Below, in pieces: positions 31,901 to 46,900 of a stretch of DNA of 64,000 nt (positions are counted from its first letter, which is position 1; each line of letters opens with the position of its first letter). The position numbers were made by a program, and so were the translations under genes. The stretch lies in the NCBI GenBank assembly GCA_964016885.1, contig OZ024741.1, forward strand, positions 161,200,001 to 161,264,000, in the 5' to 3' direction. Source of the DNA: Eledone cirrhosa. Its lineage: Eukaryota. A model generated the notes under the pieces. The model did not search any database. It had not been told where the DNA came from and saw nothing but the letters and a program-made list of their open reading frames with translations.

Positions 31901-34900
31901 ATTTCAATATAGAGCGGTGGGCCATACCCCGATACATACAAGGTATTTGTTCATTGCTCTCATATCGTTAGGAGTCCAGATATTGTTTGAAGTGTCAACT
32001 GTATTACAGACATGAGATAACTCCAAACACTGGAGAAGGCTCCATACCATACCAATAATTTTATGTAAGAACCTTTATCAAGTTATGTTCCAAACACCTT
32101 AAAAATGTGAAAATTAGTTATATTAATAAATCACTCCAAATTTTTTATTATGTTCAAAATCAATTGAAAATTATCAAGAATACTGTGTTTAATTCGAAAT
32201 ATGCAAATGAAAGGGTTAAAATGAAAGAGAAAGAAATGAAAGAGTTTCAGAAGAGTTATCTACCCTGTATTTCCTGTGTCTACCCATTGCTTGAAGTAGG
32301 AAAGAGCCTCATCTGTACATTCCTTCAGTTCACTCTCACAAGCCACACGAATGACATGTAAGCGAAGTAACCTGAAATCAAACCAGAAATAATGTAAGTG
32401 TTTATATGTTAACACACACACACGCACACACACACAACACACACACCCACAACTGGCTGTCTATGGGAACTTCTGTATGTTGATGATTTGGTTCTTATAG
32501 CTGAATCTGCAGAAGAACTAGAGGTAATAGCTCACTAAACCTTTTCCATCCTGTTCTTATCCTAGCTACTATGCTCTCTGTGCAACCTCCTCCACCACTA
32601 ATTAGATCACCTAGGTTGCAGAATATATCAACTACTTCTATGAATCCTTCCTTGGACTGGAAAAATGTTATTTCACTGATGCTCCTACTATCAACTATCC
32701 CTATCTGTAAGTCTGCCTGCTATCCCACTACACCTCATGTACCCAGCAGGGCTACTTCCCTGATGGGATCAGGGTCCTGTCTTCTTTCCTACTAGCCAAA
32801 AGTTTACTCTAAGCTCCTTTGACTTTAAGTTCAGTGTCCAAAGCTGGAATTTTTTCTCTAGCTCTTCCACTGTAAGAACCGTCTGTAAGAACCAAGTAGT
32901 TGGCATAAAGAAATTACCATGGAGAATCTGTCTTAAACTCCTCTGTTAAGAGGTGAGAGAATGTTGTTTTTGCCATAAGTATAATTATGAATTGACAATA
33001 ATTTTACAAACTTTATTTGTTTTAAATAATTGGCTATAATTTGTTAATGTTGATTGTTATTAAATAGATTAATTGATTAACTCCTTATTTAAATATATTA
33101 TAATAAAACTGTAATGAATGAAGAAACATTTATGAAATTACAAGAAGTAATTTTAGTCTCTGTAACTAGCTTGTTTAGCTTATGTCTAAATCAGGCCATG
33201 ATTGAAAATGCCTCAGTATTTGTTCCAGCTCATTGCACTCTTAGTTCAAATCCTACTGAGGCCAACCTTGCCTTTCAACCTTTTGAATTCGATAATTAAA
33301 GTACAAGTTCAGATCTTGTGTCAATTCTTCCTCTTTGGAAGAAACTGGCTGTGTTCTAATCAAGTTTGAAATGCCCAAAACACACAATATGCCAAGATGG
33401 TGCCTGTATAACTACATCAATAGCTAAGGGCACTTTACGAGGCCCATAGCTCAGTGGTTAGAGCATTGGGCTTACAATCATGAGGTTGTGAGTTTGATTC
33501 TTTGACCAGGTGGTGTGTTGTGTCATAGAACAAGACACTTTAATTCATGTTGCTCCAGTTTACTCAGCTGTAGAAATGAGTTGTGACATCACTGGTGTCA
33601 AGCTTTATCATCCTTTGCCTTTCCCTTGGACAACATCTGTGGCATGGAGAGGGGAGAGTGGTATGCATAGGCAACTGCTGGTCTTCCACAAACAACCCTG
33701 CCCAGATTTGTGCCTCAGAGGGAGAACTTTATAGGTGCAAATCCCATGGTTATTCATAATTGAAGGGGGGGTCTTTACCATACCTTACTTTCTACTTAAA
33801 TCAGGCCTTGGTCAAGATGATAATGGAAATGACAAAACTGTACAGAACCAAGATTACAGAACTATATGAAAAGGAAGGGTGAAACTAGCTTTCAAGACTT
33901 ATGAGACAGTTATTCACAAAAACACTGATAAAATTTCTTGTAAAATTGTTGACAAAATCTTTGGAAAACCTTTTGAGGTTTTCCAATGCTCTACTGATAT
34001 TGAATGATAATAATAGTAATGATAATATGATGCTGAAAATACATTTGCAACTAAATGTCATTGCATAGAAATATAGCTCATGTTGCTCTTACTGTTCATG
34101 GCCATTGTTATAGAGTTTTGTGTTATTCCAGCCAAGTTCTTTGTATATATCCTTCACAAGGCTCCGAATAAATCTCTGGAAAGACAAAGGACAAAAAATA
34201 TTATATAAATTATAATTCAGTTAAAATTTGGTAAAATATTTTCAGAGTTGATAAATAAAGAACCAATTCAATGGCGGTGGACTGGCAGAATTGTTCAAGA
34301 GTTCAACAGAATGACCTGTGGTATATGATCTGCCTCTGTCCATTCATCATCATCATTATCATCATCATTTTACATCCGCTTTTCCTTGCTTGCAAGGGTG
34401 GGACGGGTCCTATTCAGCACAGCATTTCTCCACTTGGAAGTTCTAATTTTGTCTCCTTCTGTCATGAGTTGTGACCAGAAGATAGTATCATTTCCTCTCA
34501 CATTCCATCAAATGCTCAGGAGAGGTTGTCATGCATTTGATACAACTGAGGATCCTCCTGACTCTTTCTATGGCTGGATGCCCTTTTTATCACCAACCAT
34601 TTTATATATATATATATAATGATGTGAAGCACTGGGGGAATATGGGTTTATAGAAGTGTAAGAAGCTCAAATGCATAACTGGCAGTTTGTTGTAATATCA
34701 GATGAAAGAAAAAAAATAACTGATGTAGTTTTTGTATAGTTTGAATCTGTGGTTATATATATATATTTGATATTAGTTATTTTGAGAATAATACCTTAAC
34801 GTTGGTATGAGTGGACGGTTATGGCTGGTTTGAACAGAAAGAGGTGAGAGAATTCTGGCCGGATACGGCTGGTTTAAATGCTAAAGGGTTAAAGAAGCAA

Positions 34901-37900
34901 AAACTATCCCCAAAAACACAAAAAAGATTAAGATAGAATATACCTGAAACTCGCCATATATTGGTGTTTTGTATAGCATAGTTTTCATCTGACTGATTCC
35001 ATCAATGGCGATTGTCCAGACTATCTCATTTTTTTCATATTTCAGATATTCCAGGGTACGAAGGTATATAAGTATATCAAGGTATCCAGAACTGAAAAAA
35101 AAAAACCATAGTGGTGAAAATGAAGAAGGATCTATGAGGGACACACCTGTTAATGAAATAAATCGTATGGCAAATGAAATGTAGAAGGACTTCCTTTCGT
35201 TGAGGGTTTGCTTTATTTTCTATTTTGAACAATGTTTTGTCATTAACTCCTTCAGTGCCGTAGACAAGATAACTTGTCCTAACATGTATGCATTCCAGTG
35301 CCACAGACGAGATAACTTGTCCTAACATGTTTGAACTCTTTTCCAACAGTTCATAACTTCAAAGTTATGAACTCATTTGGTCAACCATGATTGAGAAGAC
35401 CTATCATCAAAAACATTCTGGCAATGATCATCTTACTTTTTTTTCTATGTATATTATCATGTTATCTAATTAATACTATGTTATTCAAAATAGTCTTTGA
35501 TAACCTCATTATTAAAACAGTAGGCTCGGCCCTTGTGGCCAATAAATTAAACTATTATTAAAACAGTAGGGCATGATTTATTTAAAACAGTAGGGTATGA
35601 TTTATTTAAAACAGTAGGGTATGATTTATGAGAACACATTACTGCTAATTTTAGCAGTTCAAGAGACCACATAGAGACTCTCTCTCTGGAGAGGTACCTT
35701 AATTATAGCTCCACTCTGAAAATAAGTGGATAGTGGTGCTGCGTGTTTTAAATCGGGTTTGATATTGTAAAGGAGATAAATTCAACTTCAATTTCAGCAA
35801 CATATCCATTTTTTTTTCTATTCTTGAAGAACAGAATGATGATATTAACTACATGTGGTGTCTCTGTATCATCAACTACATGTGGTATCATTGTATTATC
35901 AACTACATGTGGTGTCATTATGTCATCAACTACATGTGGTGTCACTGTATCATTAACTACATGTGGTGTCACTGTATCATCAACTACATGTGGTGTCATT
36001 GTATCATCAACTACATGTGGTATCATTGTGTCATCAACTACATGTGGTCTCACTACGTGTGGTGTCACTACATGTGATGTTACTGCATATTAAGTCATTG
36101 CATGTGATGTCATTAGTAATGGTTTAAAAATTAGACACAATTAGACATAATTTTAGGGAAGGGAAAGTTGTGATTGACTAGTACTTTATTTTATCAACCT
36201 TGGTAGAATGAAAGACAAAGTTGACCATAGTAGGATTTGAACTCAAAACATAAAGAATTGGAACAAATACTGCTTAGTACTTGTCTGATGCTATAAGGAC
36301 TCTCTCAATTCACCACCTTTCACCAGCTTAATAGCGAGAGAATTAGTTATATTAATAAATTCTTCTAAATACTTGATTGTTTTCAAATAATTATTTGAAA
36401 ATACTAGACAGTGTCTTTTATTAGAAATGTGGTGGTGAAAGTGTTAAAGACAACTGACTAAACATGTCTTGTCCCCAAAACATAATGCAATAGATGTTGA
36501 AGGTTGAAGGGCAGAGATTAAACAAAATGTTTATGTAAGAACCTTTGTTAAGTTATGCTTCCTATTTTAGCCTAGAGTGGATGGGACACTCTCACTTGTG
36601 TAGGTTTCATGATGGAATGCATTTAATACCTCTTGTAGTAATAACTGATGTGGGAAAGGTGACATGTAAGGTAGAGAAAACTCTTTGGTTTTGTGGAGCA
36701 TATGACAACTTGTCTAGTGTTGGTACCATGATAAAATGCACCAAGTATACTCTGCAAAGTGGTAGCGCTGGTGCCATAGTACATCTGGTAAAGTGTTTGG
36801 CATTAGAAACCATGCAAAAATATAGAACATATGAACAACATGTGGTTATTTGACCTATCCTGTCTCAGACCATGATGACCTGTCCAACGTATACCAGCTT
36901 GGCAAACAGACATAAAATGATGATGATGATGAGGAGGAGGATTTATTTGTAAATAATAGTCTCATTGGATATATGAGCTTAAAGCAGGAGGGGTTGCCAT
37001 GCCAATTAATGGCTATGATTTGATCTTATAAATAACAGACCAACACTGTGGAACCATTTGTCCCTCACACCTCTTTAGTTGTATGAAAAATGTTAAAGTC
37101 TGTTCCAAACCTGGAAGCTCATCAGGCCAGTGCTTATCCTGGTTTCATCAGTGTGAAGCGTCTGAAAATACAAGACTCCTTGCTAGACAGGATGCCAGTC
37201 CATTGCAAGGTTAACCCCCAGCTACTGCTGGTTTCTCCTTTTCAACTGAGTGTACTAGAGCAACGTGAAATGAAATGTTTGGTTCAAGAAAACAATGCAC
37301 AACCCAAACGAGGAATCACACCTGCAACATTATGAATGTAAGTTCAACACCCTAACAACTAGGCCACATGCCTTCACTATACTTTATATTAACAATGAAT
37401 ATACATACTTTGCTAATGCACATGTGTCCAAAATTATCTGGATACGGTTGGATACATGAATGGCCTAGAAAATAAACAAATGTCACATTTATTGGAGAGT
37501 CAACAGACCATATAACAGCAGCATGAAATATATTATTTAACTCTTTCCATACCAAAATGTCTAAAACTATCCCTGGTTTTATGATACAAAACTGTTTGTT
37601 TTCAAAAGTTTATAATTATCTCAAAATCTTCCATATAAATTTTATGTAAGAACCTTTGTTAAGTTGTATTCTAAACACCAGCTTAATAATGAGAAAGTTA
37701 CTTATGTTAATAATTCTCTATTCTTGATTATTCTCAAAATGAATTGAACATTGTAGCTAGCATTTTTTGTTAAAAATATAATAATGAAAAAGTTAAATAG
37801 CAAGCTTATTTTTCTTTGGCTATTTTCATTTCTTTTGCAAGAATGACAACTTTCTGGGAAACCTAGCTCTCTTAACTTAAATTAAAAAAATCATATTACA

Positions 37901-40900
37901 GTTTTATTTTATTTTATTTTTGTTTTACTAAAAAGTTGGTTGGGCTGTCAGGTGTGATAATAGTGGCACTAGTGTTCTCAATCCTGGAAGGTATGCCATA
38001 CAGTAGGAGAATTTCAAAGAGAATATCTCTGTTTAAAATTGGAAAAATCGAGAGCCATTTCTCTGTTTGATTTTCTAATCTCCTCAACAATCCTATTTAA
38101 TGCTAGAACCTGTGAAAGAGTGAACCTTCCACATCAAAAACCAGTCTGGTTGATGCAAAGAATTGGGTCGACCAAAGGTACAACATGGTTTAGAATGGGC
38201 TTGTTGTACACTTTAGCAGCAATAGGCATCAGTGAGATTCCGTGGTAGTTTTGGGGTGATGAAAGGTTACCTTTCTTTGGAATTATGCTAGTTTTGAGCC
38301 AACCTGAGAGTGGAGAAAGATTATTGCATATTTCATTGCTGATTGATACAAGAACTGAAGTTAAGTTGGGATCCCTCCAAATCAAATTGGGTACATTATC
38401 AAGGGACTTAGTCGATCATATCAACTCCAGTATTTATTTTTTCAAGTTTGGTACTTATTTATTGAGGTCTTTTTGACAACCCACTAAGTTACAGGACTTA
38501 AATACACACATACACGTTGGGCTTCCATATAGTTTTTGGCAACAAAATTTAACTCAAAAAGCATTCGGTCAACCCAAGATTATAGGTGATACTTGCTGAA
38601 AGTACCACACAGTGGGACTGAGCCCCAAACCACATGGTTGTGAAGAGAATCCCTCAACCACACAGTCATGTTTGCACCTGTTTATCAAAGTGAACCCCTG
38701 AAACACATAGCTGTGCCGGCATATCTCTATATATATCAAAGAAAATAATACTTTTTGCTTGTAAGAGACATAATTGAACCAGCAAAATTGTGAAATTCTT
38801 AACATTGACACTCAGAGAAAAAAAGATTGTAGTGAAATTATCCTTGGGTAAAATTTGATATAGTTAGAAGATATGGCGTATTGGCATATTTTCATATCAT
38901 ATGTGATATTTGTCAATTCAGACAATGACGTCATCCAGGGGTATAAAGGTCAACTCCAAATAGTAAACTCTCTATTTCCTTTTCTTCACTTCATCCAACA
39001 CAGTATGGTTACTAAGGACTGCTACCTATGGCTGGCCAAAAATGGCCAGCCAAACACAAACAGAAGCTGTCATGGCACTAATTCCCCCCCCCCCCCCCTC
39101 TCATTCACATATAATATGATCTGACTCTCTCTAAAAACTCTACATGATACATCTTGCTTACAACTTCCACTAAATCCTTATATATAATTACATTCTAACA
39201 AAATACTTTCCTCTTCTGTGAACTCTATATTTTACTATAATACTAATGAAAACATTATGCTTATTGTTATTTTGAAATGTTGCATATTTCTGATGTGTTT
39301 ATCACAAATATTTGTTGTATTTTATTGCTATCAAAAAAATGTAATTGTTTTGGAAAAACATTGCTTTCTCCTACATCAATCAAAACACATCACTTGACCC
39401 ACACACCAACCAACATACCTGTTAAAAGTTTATAAGTTTCAACTTACCTCATGATTCTTTTTCAGTTGTTCAATGATTGCCAGCCAATTATTGTCATCAT
39501 AGGTGACTCGGTAATAATTTACAAACTGTATATTGCCAATTACCCAGTCTGTTAAATTATGTTTTTCAGGAAACGCAGATAAAGAAAATTGGGCTGCAAG
39601 ATGAGATAGAAATAATTGAATACTTTAACACTGAACAGCTGTTAATCCCCATACAAATATATCATCTTACACTAGTACAGTAGTCTCTGGTCGGGGTCCA
39701 TATGAACCCTAATGATTCACTGAAATATTTTGGGGGTTACAGGACTGATGAGTAAAATTTGAGAGTTTTTAATATTCTAATGCTTCAATTTTAATGGGTA
39801 TTTTTTTTCAAAGATCCCTTATTTTCTAACAGGCATAATGTTACTTTTTTTTTTTTACTGTAAGGTGAGGATGAGATTTCAGATAGGTTTTACTGTTGTT
39901 TTGAGAGGTCAACGTGTAGGAAATTTGGCTGTTATTTCTAGCAAATTGAGTGAGCACAAAGAGCTTTAAAAAAAAAAAAAGAGAATGCTAAGTTTGAAAA
40001 ATAAGGATGGGTAGTCCTTTCTGGAACATCTTTGACTATAGGCCTCATTGATCATAGCTGACCTGGGGTTAAACAACAGTATCAATAGCAGTAGTAGCTT
40101 CTTCTACCATCCCACCATTTTGGTTCAGTCTTTTTTACAATCTCTGCTCTTAAATTTACTGAGTGAAGTTTTCTCCTTAATTACAACCATCACTCACAAT
40201 TGAGTATGATATAGTAGTATATACCACAGGCACCCCTTGCAGTCACGAGAAGATGTATACACCCTCTCCAACCTTTCACACTTGATCCAACAACAACGAC
40301 GACAACAACAACAATGTCTTTGTAATTAGCTGTTTACATAATTGTTTCTACTTTTGGCACAAGGCCAGCAATTATCCCAGTGTATTACTGGTACTTTATT
40401 TTGTCAACCCCGTAAGGATGAAAGGCAAAGTTAACCTCGGCAGGATTTGAACTCAGACGGTAAAGGGGCGTAACTCTATGCTGCAAAGCATGGTGGTTTA
40501 CATAATGCTAGCAATGTATAAGATGAAAACGAAAAAATATGAACAGAAAAAATGAAACGAAATTTAATTTCTCACTCTTAGTATGGCTGTTACTTAAATA
40601 TAAGTATGTATACGTACATACATATATGTATACAGACGTACAGTAGTATGTATATATATATACATACATGCACACATATATATATGTACGTATGGATTCA
40701 CCGAACATTTATTATAATGCTTGTGTGTTTGTAAACAAACATCCCGAATTAAGCCGTACAGTGTCTAGCAACCATCGTTGCCCTTTTGTTCAACACTGAC
40801 AAAGGAACGATGTACTAGTTTCAAGCTTATTAGCTATCGTCAGCACCGTATACCTTCCTGCCGTTAATATGCATAAGGAAAGTATATACTTTCAGACGTT

Positions 40901-43900
40901 CAATCATCTGGCAGGAAGGTATACAGTGCTGACGATAGCTAATAAGAGTGAGAAATTAAATTTCGTTTCATTTTTTCCGTTTAGCGTTTTCGGTGCGCCC
41001 GGCCGATTAACTCACTCGATATGCAAATTAGGCTGCTCAGCCGTTAATATGCATAAGGAAAGTATATACTTTCAGACGTTCAATCATCTGGCAAGAAGGT
41101 GTACGGTGCTAACGATAGCTAATAAGCTTGAAACTAGTACATCGTTCCTTTGTCAGTGTTGAACAAATGAGCAACGATGGTTGCTAGACACTACGGCTTA
41201 ATACGGGATGTTTGTTTACAAACACACCGAGCATTATAATAAATGTTTGGTGAATCCATACGTACATATATATATATGTGTGTGCATGTATGTATATATA
41301 TATACATACTACTGAACGTCTGTATACATATATGTATGTACGTATACATACTTATATTTGAAAAAATATGAAACAAAACAAAATAAAAGACAACATGAAA
41401 ACCAAACAAAAAACTGGAAAGACAAGACAACAACAACAATCGTTATATGACCATTTTCTGTGCTAAAGTAGGGGTTAACATTGTAAGAGGTGGACCCCAT
41501 CCCATGATGAGATTTGACATTTTTCATTATCATCTACTTTCATTTCCTTCTCCATTATATTTAGCTGTCTGTCTTAGTCTTCCCCATCTCCTACCCCCTT
41601 CCACAAAAGTCAAATCAATAGAAAAGAAATAAAGATATATTGAACTAAATGCTTACCTTCTGATTGGTTTTGGTGGATCCAATATATATTGTTGGCAGTT
41701 TTGTTGAAATTCATCTGTCTGCTGGTTGTAAATGTAAATGGGATCTCCCACTTGTAACTACAATAAAAGAAGATAGGACTTAGGCATATATTACTGTTAT
41801 GTAAGGCATGTTGTTTCAATCAGGACTGGTGCTACCATTAAGGCTAACTAACCAACAGCTATGGAAGCAGATCTCAGAAAGAAACAAAACAAGAAAATAA
41901 CAACAAAGAAACAAAGAAAATAATAAAAGGACTTACTCGAATGGGGAGCTGTATTTACTTTTTGTATCTTCTTTTCCAGTTGCAAGATAGCGTTGTTGTT
42001 TCACAATGAGTTTGTTTCCTTCCCAGGTGACATTTAACAATGGGTAATTCATTTGTAATGTCCATGTATCCATTATATGCTTCACATCCCGACCATTCCA
42101 GGCCTGACAAAAAAATGGTGTTTTTTTTTTAAAGCATGTATGCCATATATATCAATTTAGAATAGGCATACCATATCCCTATGTGTTGTAAGAAGGGACT
42201 AAAAGAGTTAATGTCAAGAAAGGCATCCGGCTGTAAAACATTGCTTCAAAAAGTCCTGTCCAATACATGGCAGCATGGAAAGATTGACTTGAAAACGATG
42301 TTGATGATGATGATGATTAATGGATCCGACTATCTAACATTTACATCAAACTTCTATTTCTTTTTATCTCTATCAGGCATGTATGAACTAAATATATTTA
42401 TATAAAAAAATGTGGTTTAAATCAAAGCTGTGATATTGGGGAATTTTTTTTTCTGTACACTTGTTTCTGTGAAGGCAAGTGGTTTAGTGGCTAGAGTGTT
42501 GGGTTCACAACTATTAGGTTGTGAGTATCATTGCTGGACCAGGCAATGTATTATGTCCTTGAGCTAGTTACTTTAATTCACATTGCTCAGTTCTCTCAGC
42601 TGGATAAATGAGTTGCGACATCTCTGGAAAATATTAGTGGCATGGAGAGATGGGTAAGCAAGCGTGCCTGCTGGTTTTCCACAAAATTCCCTTGTCCGGG
42701 CTTGTGCCTCAGAGGGAAACTTTCTAGGTGCAACACTCATACTCATTCGTGACCAAAGGGGTTCTTTACTCTTTACATTTCTTTCAATGTTTTTCACATA
42801 TTGAATAAGATACCTTTAGTCATGTATACAATATTCCTCCCAGTTTTGAACATAAATGGTTGAAAAATATTTTTTGAAAATTCAAAAGGTGAAAATGTCC
42901 TATTACACATAAAACCACGTCAACTAATCTAAGGGAGAAAACTCTGTTCTCAACAACTGTCGATACACATAAGTACTTTTATTTAAGGGTCTTGAGTATT
43001 GGAGTTTGTGGAACCATTTGATCATGCACACACAGACAACATATACACAGACCACACACACAGACCATGCTCAAGACACACAGAGACTACACACATACAG
43101 ACTACACACACACACACACAGTCCCCACACACATACCACACACAACACATACAGACAACACAACATATACAGACAACACAACATACACATACAACACAAC
43201 ACACACAGGCAACAAATGCACAGACTAAACACAAATGCACACAGACCACACAAAGCATACACAGACCACACAACACACACAGACAACAAACAACACTCAC
43301 ATATTACACACAACACATACAGACAACATCCACACAACACACTCAATATATATTGGCAGAATTGGTGCAGCAATGGATAAAATGCCATTGCAGTATTTGT
43401 TCTGGATCTTCACATTCTAAGTTCAAATCCTGCCGAGGTTAACTTTGCCTCTCATCCTTCCAGGGCTGATAAAATATAGTACCAGTAAAGTTCTAGGGGT
43501 TGATTTAACCAACTTTGCCCTTTCCCCAAATTACTGGCTATGTTTCTAAATTAGAACTCAATACTATCTAAATCCCCTCAATGTCAACTTTGCCTTTTAT
43601 GCTTTCAGGATCAATAAAATAAAGTACCAGAGAAGTACTAGAGTTGATTTAAGTAACTTTGCCCTTCCCCTAAATTTGCTGGCCTTGTGCCTTAATTAGA
43701 AACCAATAAAAGGGCATACCTTTGACAAGGAGTCCCACAAGTCATCATGGAATACTGTACTGTAGGAATTCTTCTTCAGGTAATCCTGGAAAATGATGAG
43801 AAATATACAGAATAAAAACCACTGTTGTTATTGTTGTGACCAGTGTTGTTGCTATTATTATTGTTATTGATAATATTGTTATTGTTGTCATTTTAGTAGT

Positions 43901-46900
43901 AGTTGTTGTTGTTCTCTAACCATAGATCAATATATCTTATATTGTAGTGTAAGTGGTTGAGTATTCCTAAATGCTGTAATATAAAGCAATATATGTAAGG
44001 AAAATCTACTGCATCAAGCTTTTAATACTGACAAGTCTTAAGACTGATACTTACAATGATACCCCTTTTAAAGGTTTCTTTACCCAGAAAAGACTCCATC
44101 ATTCGGATGACTGCTGCACCCTGAAAAGAGAAATTGGAAAAGGATAATTAAAATAGTAATACAGGTACAATCCTGATTTTTTGACAACAGACATCAACAC
44201 CACCACCACCATCATCGTCATCTTCATTCTCCTCCTCCTCCTCCTCACCACCACCAACCCCATTACCATCATCATTCTGAGTTCAAATCCTTTACATTCT
44301 GAGTTCAAATCCCACCGAGGTTAGCTTTGCTTTTCATCCTTCCAATGTCAATAAAATAAAGCACCAGTAATGCACTGGGGTCGATTTAATCGATCTTCCC
44401 CTCTCCCCAAATTGCTGGCCTTGTGCCTAGAGTAAAAACAATCATCATCATGTGATATACTGTCATAGCCCCTGTGAGTTTCATAGATATAAGATTAGGT
44501 AGATTAGTAATACAGCTACAAAAGTAATTTTTTGGCAACAGAAATGCATTTGGTTTTTTAATTGGTAAAAAGAATCATGAATAGAGGAGGTTAAGTTTAG
44601 AATGTCTCACCTTTATGTATGATATTATATCAAAGATCTTCATAATTTCACCTGGATGAGCAACTGGTACATAGACAGGGTGGGAATTGACGGTCTCATC
44701 CATTATCATAGCATCATTCATTTGCCGAGAGAATTGCATATACTGTGATAAAGAAAATTATAAAAATAATTTTCAGAAAAAAATAAACATTATTCTTTGA
44801 AAATTTCTTAAATGAGTAGTGTTGGGGATGAAAATACTGGAAACACTAGAAAGACTTGTGACTGTATTTAGACTATGATATTTAAACTACAATATATAGA
44901 CCATTATATATAGACTAATATATATATATAACTACAATATATCAAACCTACCAACCTCTAAAAACCTAAAAAGTGTCTTAAAATGGAGAGAAATAAGGCA
45001 AAATGGGTAGATTTTACTTAATGAAAGCTATACCTATTTTCACAAGAGAAGACATCCCTCACCCACCTCAAAGTGGGAGGGAAGATCTCCCTGTCCGACG
45101 GGGAGAGTTGACAGGTCTGATATATAGACTACAATATACAGCCACTATATATATATAAACCACAATATATAGATCATTATATATATAGGCTATTATATTT
45201 GGATAACGATATATATACTATTGTATTTAAAGTACAATATTTAGACCACTATATATAGAGCACTATATACAGAATACAATATTTAGACAACTGTGCATAC
45301 ATGTTGATTGCTATTTCTTATCAGAAGAGTGCCATCCCTTCATTGAACATTGCACAATAATACACACATACATGCATATATATAAAGTTCAAGATACAAT
45401 TAGTTTTATACTTGATAGCAAAGGAAGATGAATGTTATATTTATATAAAGTGTTTGTGGTATGGTGACCAGGAAGGCCACAGATCAATATAGTGCTCAAT
45501 GCATGTTTGGGTGTAAAGTTGGTACAGAGGCCCTACACTCTCCATTTGTGTGTGTGAGTGTGTGCATAAGTGTGTGCATGTATATATGTCTGTGTGTGTA
45601 TGTATGTGTGTGTATGTATGTGTGTGTATGTATGTGTGTGTATGCACATGTATGTTTGTGTGTGCGTGCGTGTGCGTATGTGCGTGCATGCGTGGGTGTG
45701 TGATTGATAAATAAATTCTTACCATATTCCATTCTGGGTTTACAGAATTTAGTCCAATAATCTCCATAAAACTAGCAAAACCTTCATTAAGCCAGAGGTC
45801 ATCCCACCATTGAAGAGTGACCAGATTGCCAAACCACTAAAATAGATCATGAAACAAAAATGAAACTGTTTGAATAAGAATTTCACAATCTTTTTATGTA
45901 CTACTCCCCACACCGTATTTCATCAATACTTTCCTTATCATCATCATCATCGTTTTTACGTCCATTTTTCTGCGCTTGCATGGGTTGGACAGGTCCTTCT
46001 CAGCACGCCATACGTCCACTCATCGCGTTCCTGTGAATCTCAGTGATTTGTGGTCAGCTCTCACAACTTCAGCCCAGATCTTTCTTGATCTACTTCTGCT
46101 GCAACTACCTTCCACTGAGATTTCCTGGCATTTCTTCACCCATCACATGTCCATACCAATACAGTCTTCTCTCCTGCATACCACCTTGGATTCCTCTTAA
46201 ACCCAGCTTCTCCCTCAGCTCGTCTCACACTTACATCGCACATTCAATGAAGCATGGTTGCTTCATTTCTCTCCAATCTATGCATGTCCTCTGCAGTCAT
46301 AGTCCATGTTTCACTACCATGCAACATCACACTTTGCACTCAGGGGTTATACAGCCGTACTTTTGTACATAGGGAGAAACCTTTAGTTGTCAACAGTGGG
46401 AGTGACTCTCTAAACTTCTTCCATCCTATCCTTATTCTAGCTCTTAGTGCCCACTCCTCCATTGCTAATTACGTCTCCTAGATAGCAGAAGCTATCAACC
46501 ACTTCTACAGATCTTTCTTGTGACTGGAAAAAGTTTACATCACTGGCGCTCTTCCTCTCAGTTACCGATGCACATATTCTTCATACAAAGTCTTCTCTTC
46601 CTGTTAGTCTACCAGTTATCCTACTACATCCCTTATCTACCCAAGATTTACATTGTGTATATCATATGGAGTTTATGCCTACTCCTCCTTTTCTACATAC
46701 TGAACAGGGCCACTTCCATGAAGAAATAAAGGTCCTATCGTCTCTCCTACTCATTAACACTTTAGTTTTGGCTTGGTTTATTCTCAGACCTTTTGGTTCC
46801 AAATTCTAGTTCTTTTATGGATTCAGCTATAATCACTACATCATCTGCATAGAGAAGTTCCCATGGGCAGCCGATCTTAAACTCCTCTGTTATAGCCTGG

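Noticed and set aside
33441-33515. tRNA gene
   Set aside because: A and B boxes run into a SINE body seen elsewhere in the window; no complete cloverleaf.
35845-36075. CRISPR-like array
   Set aside because: Units are contiguous with no unique spacers, there are no cas genes, and the context is eukaryotic.
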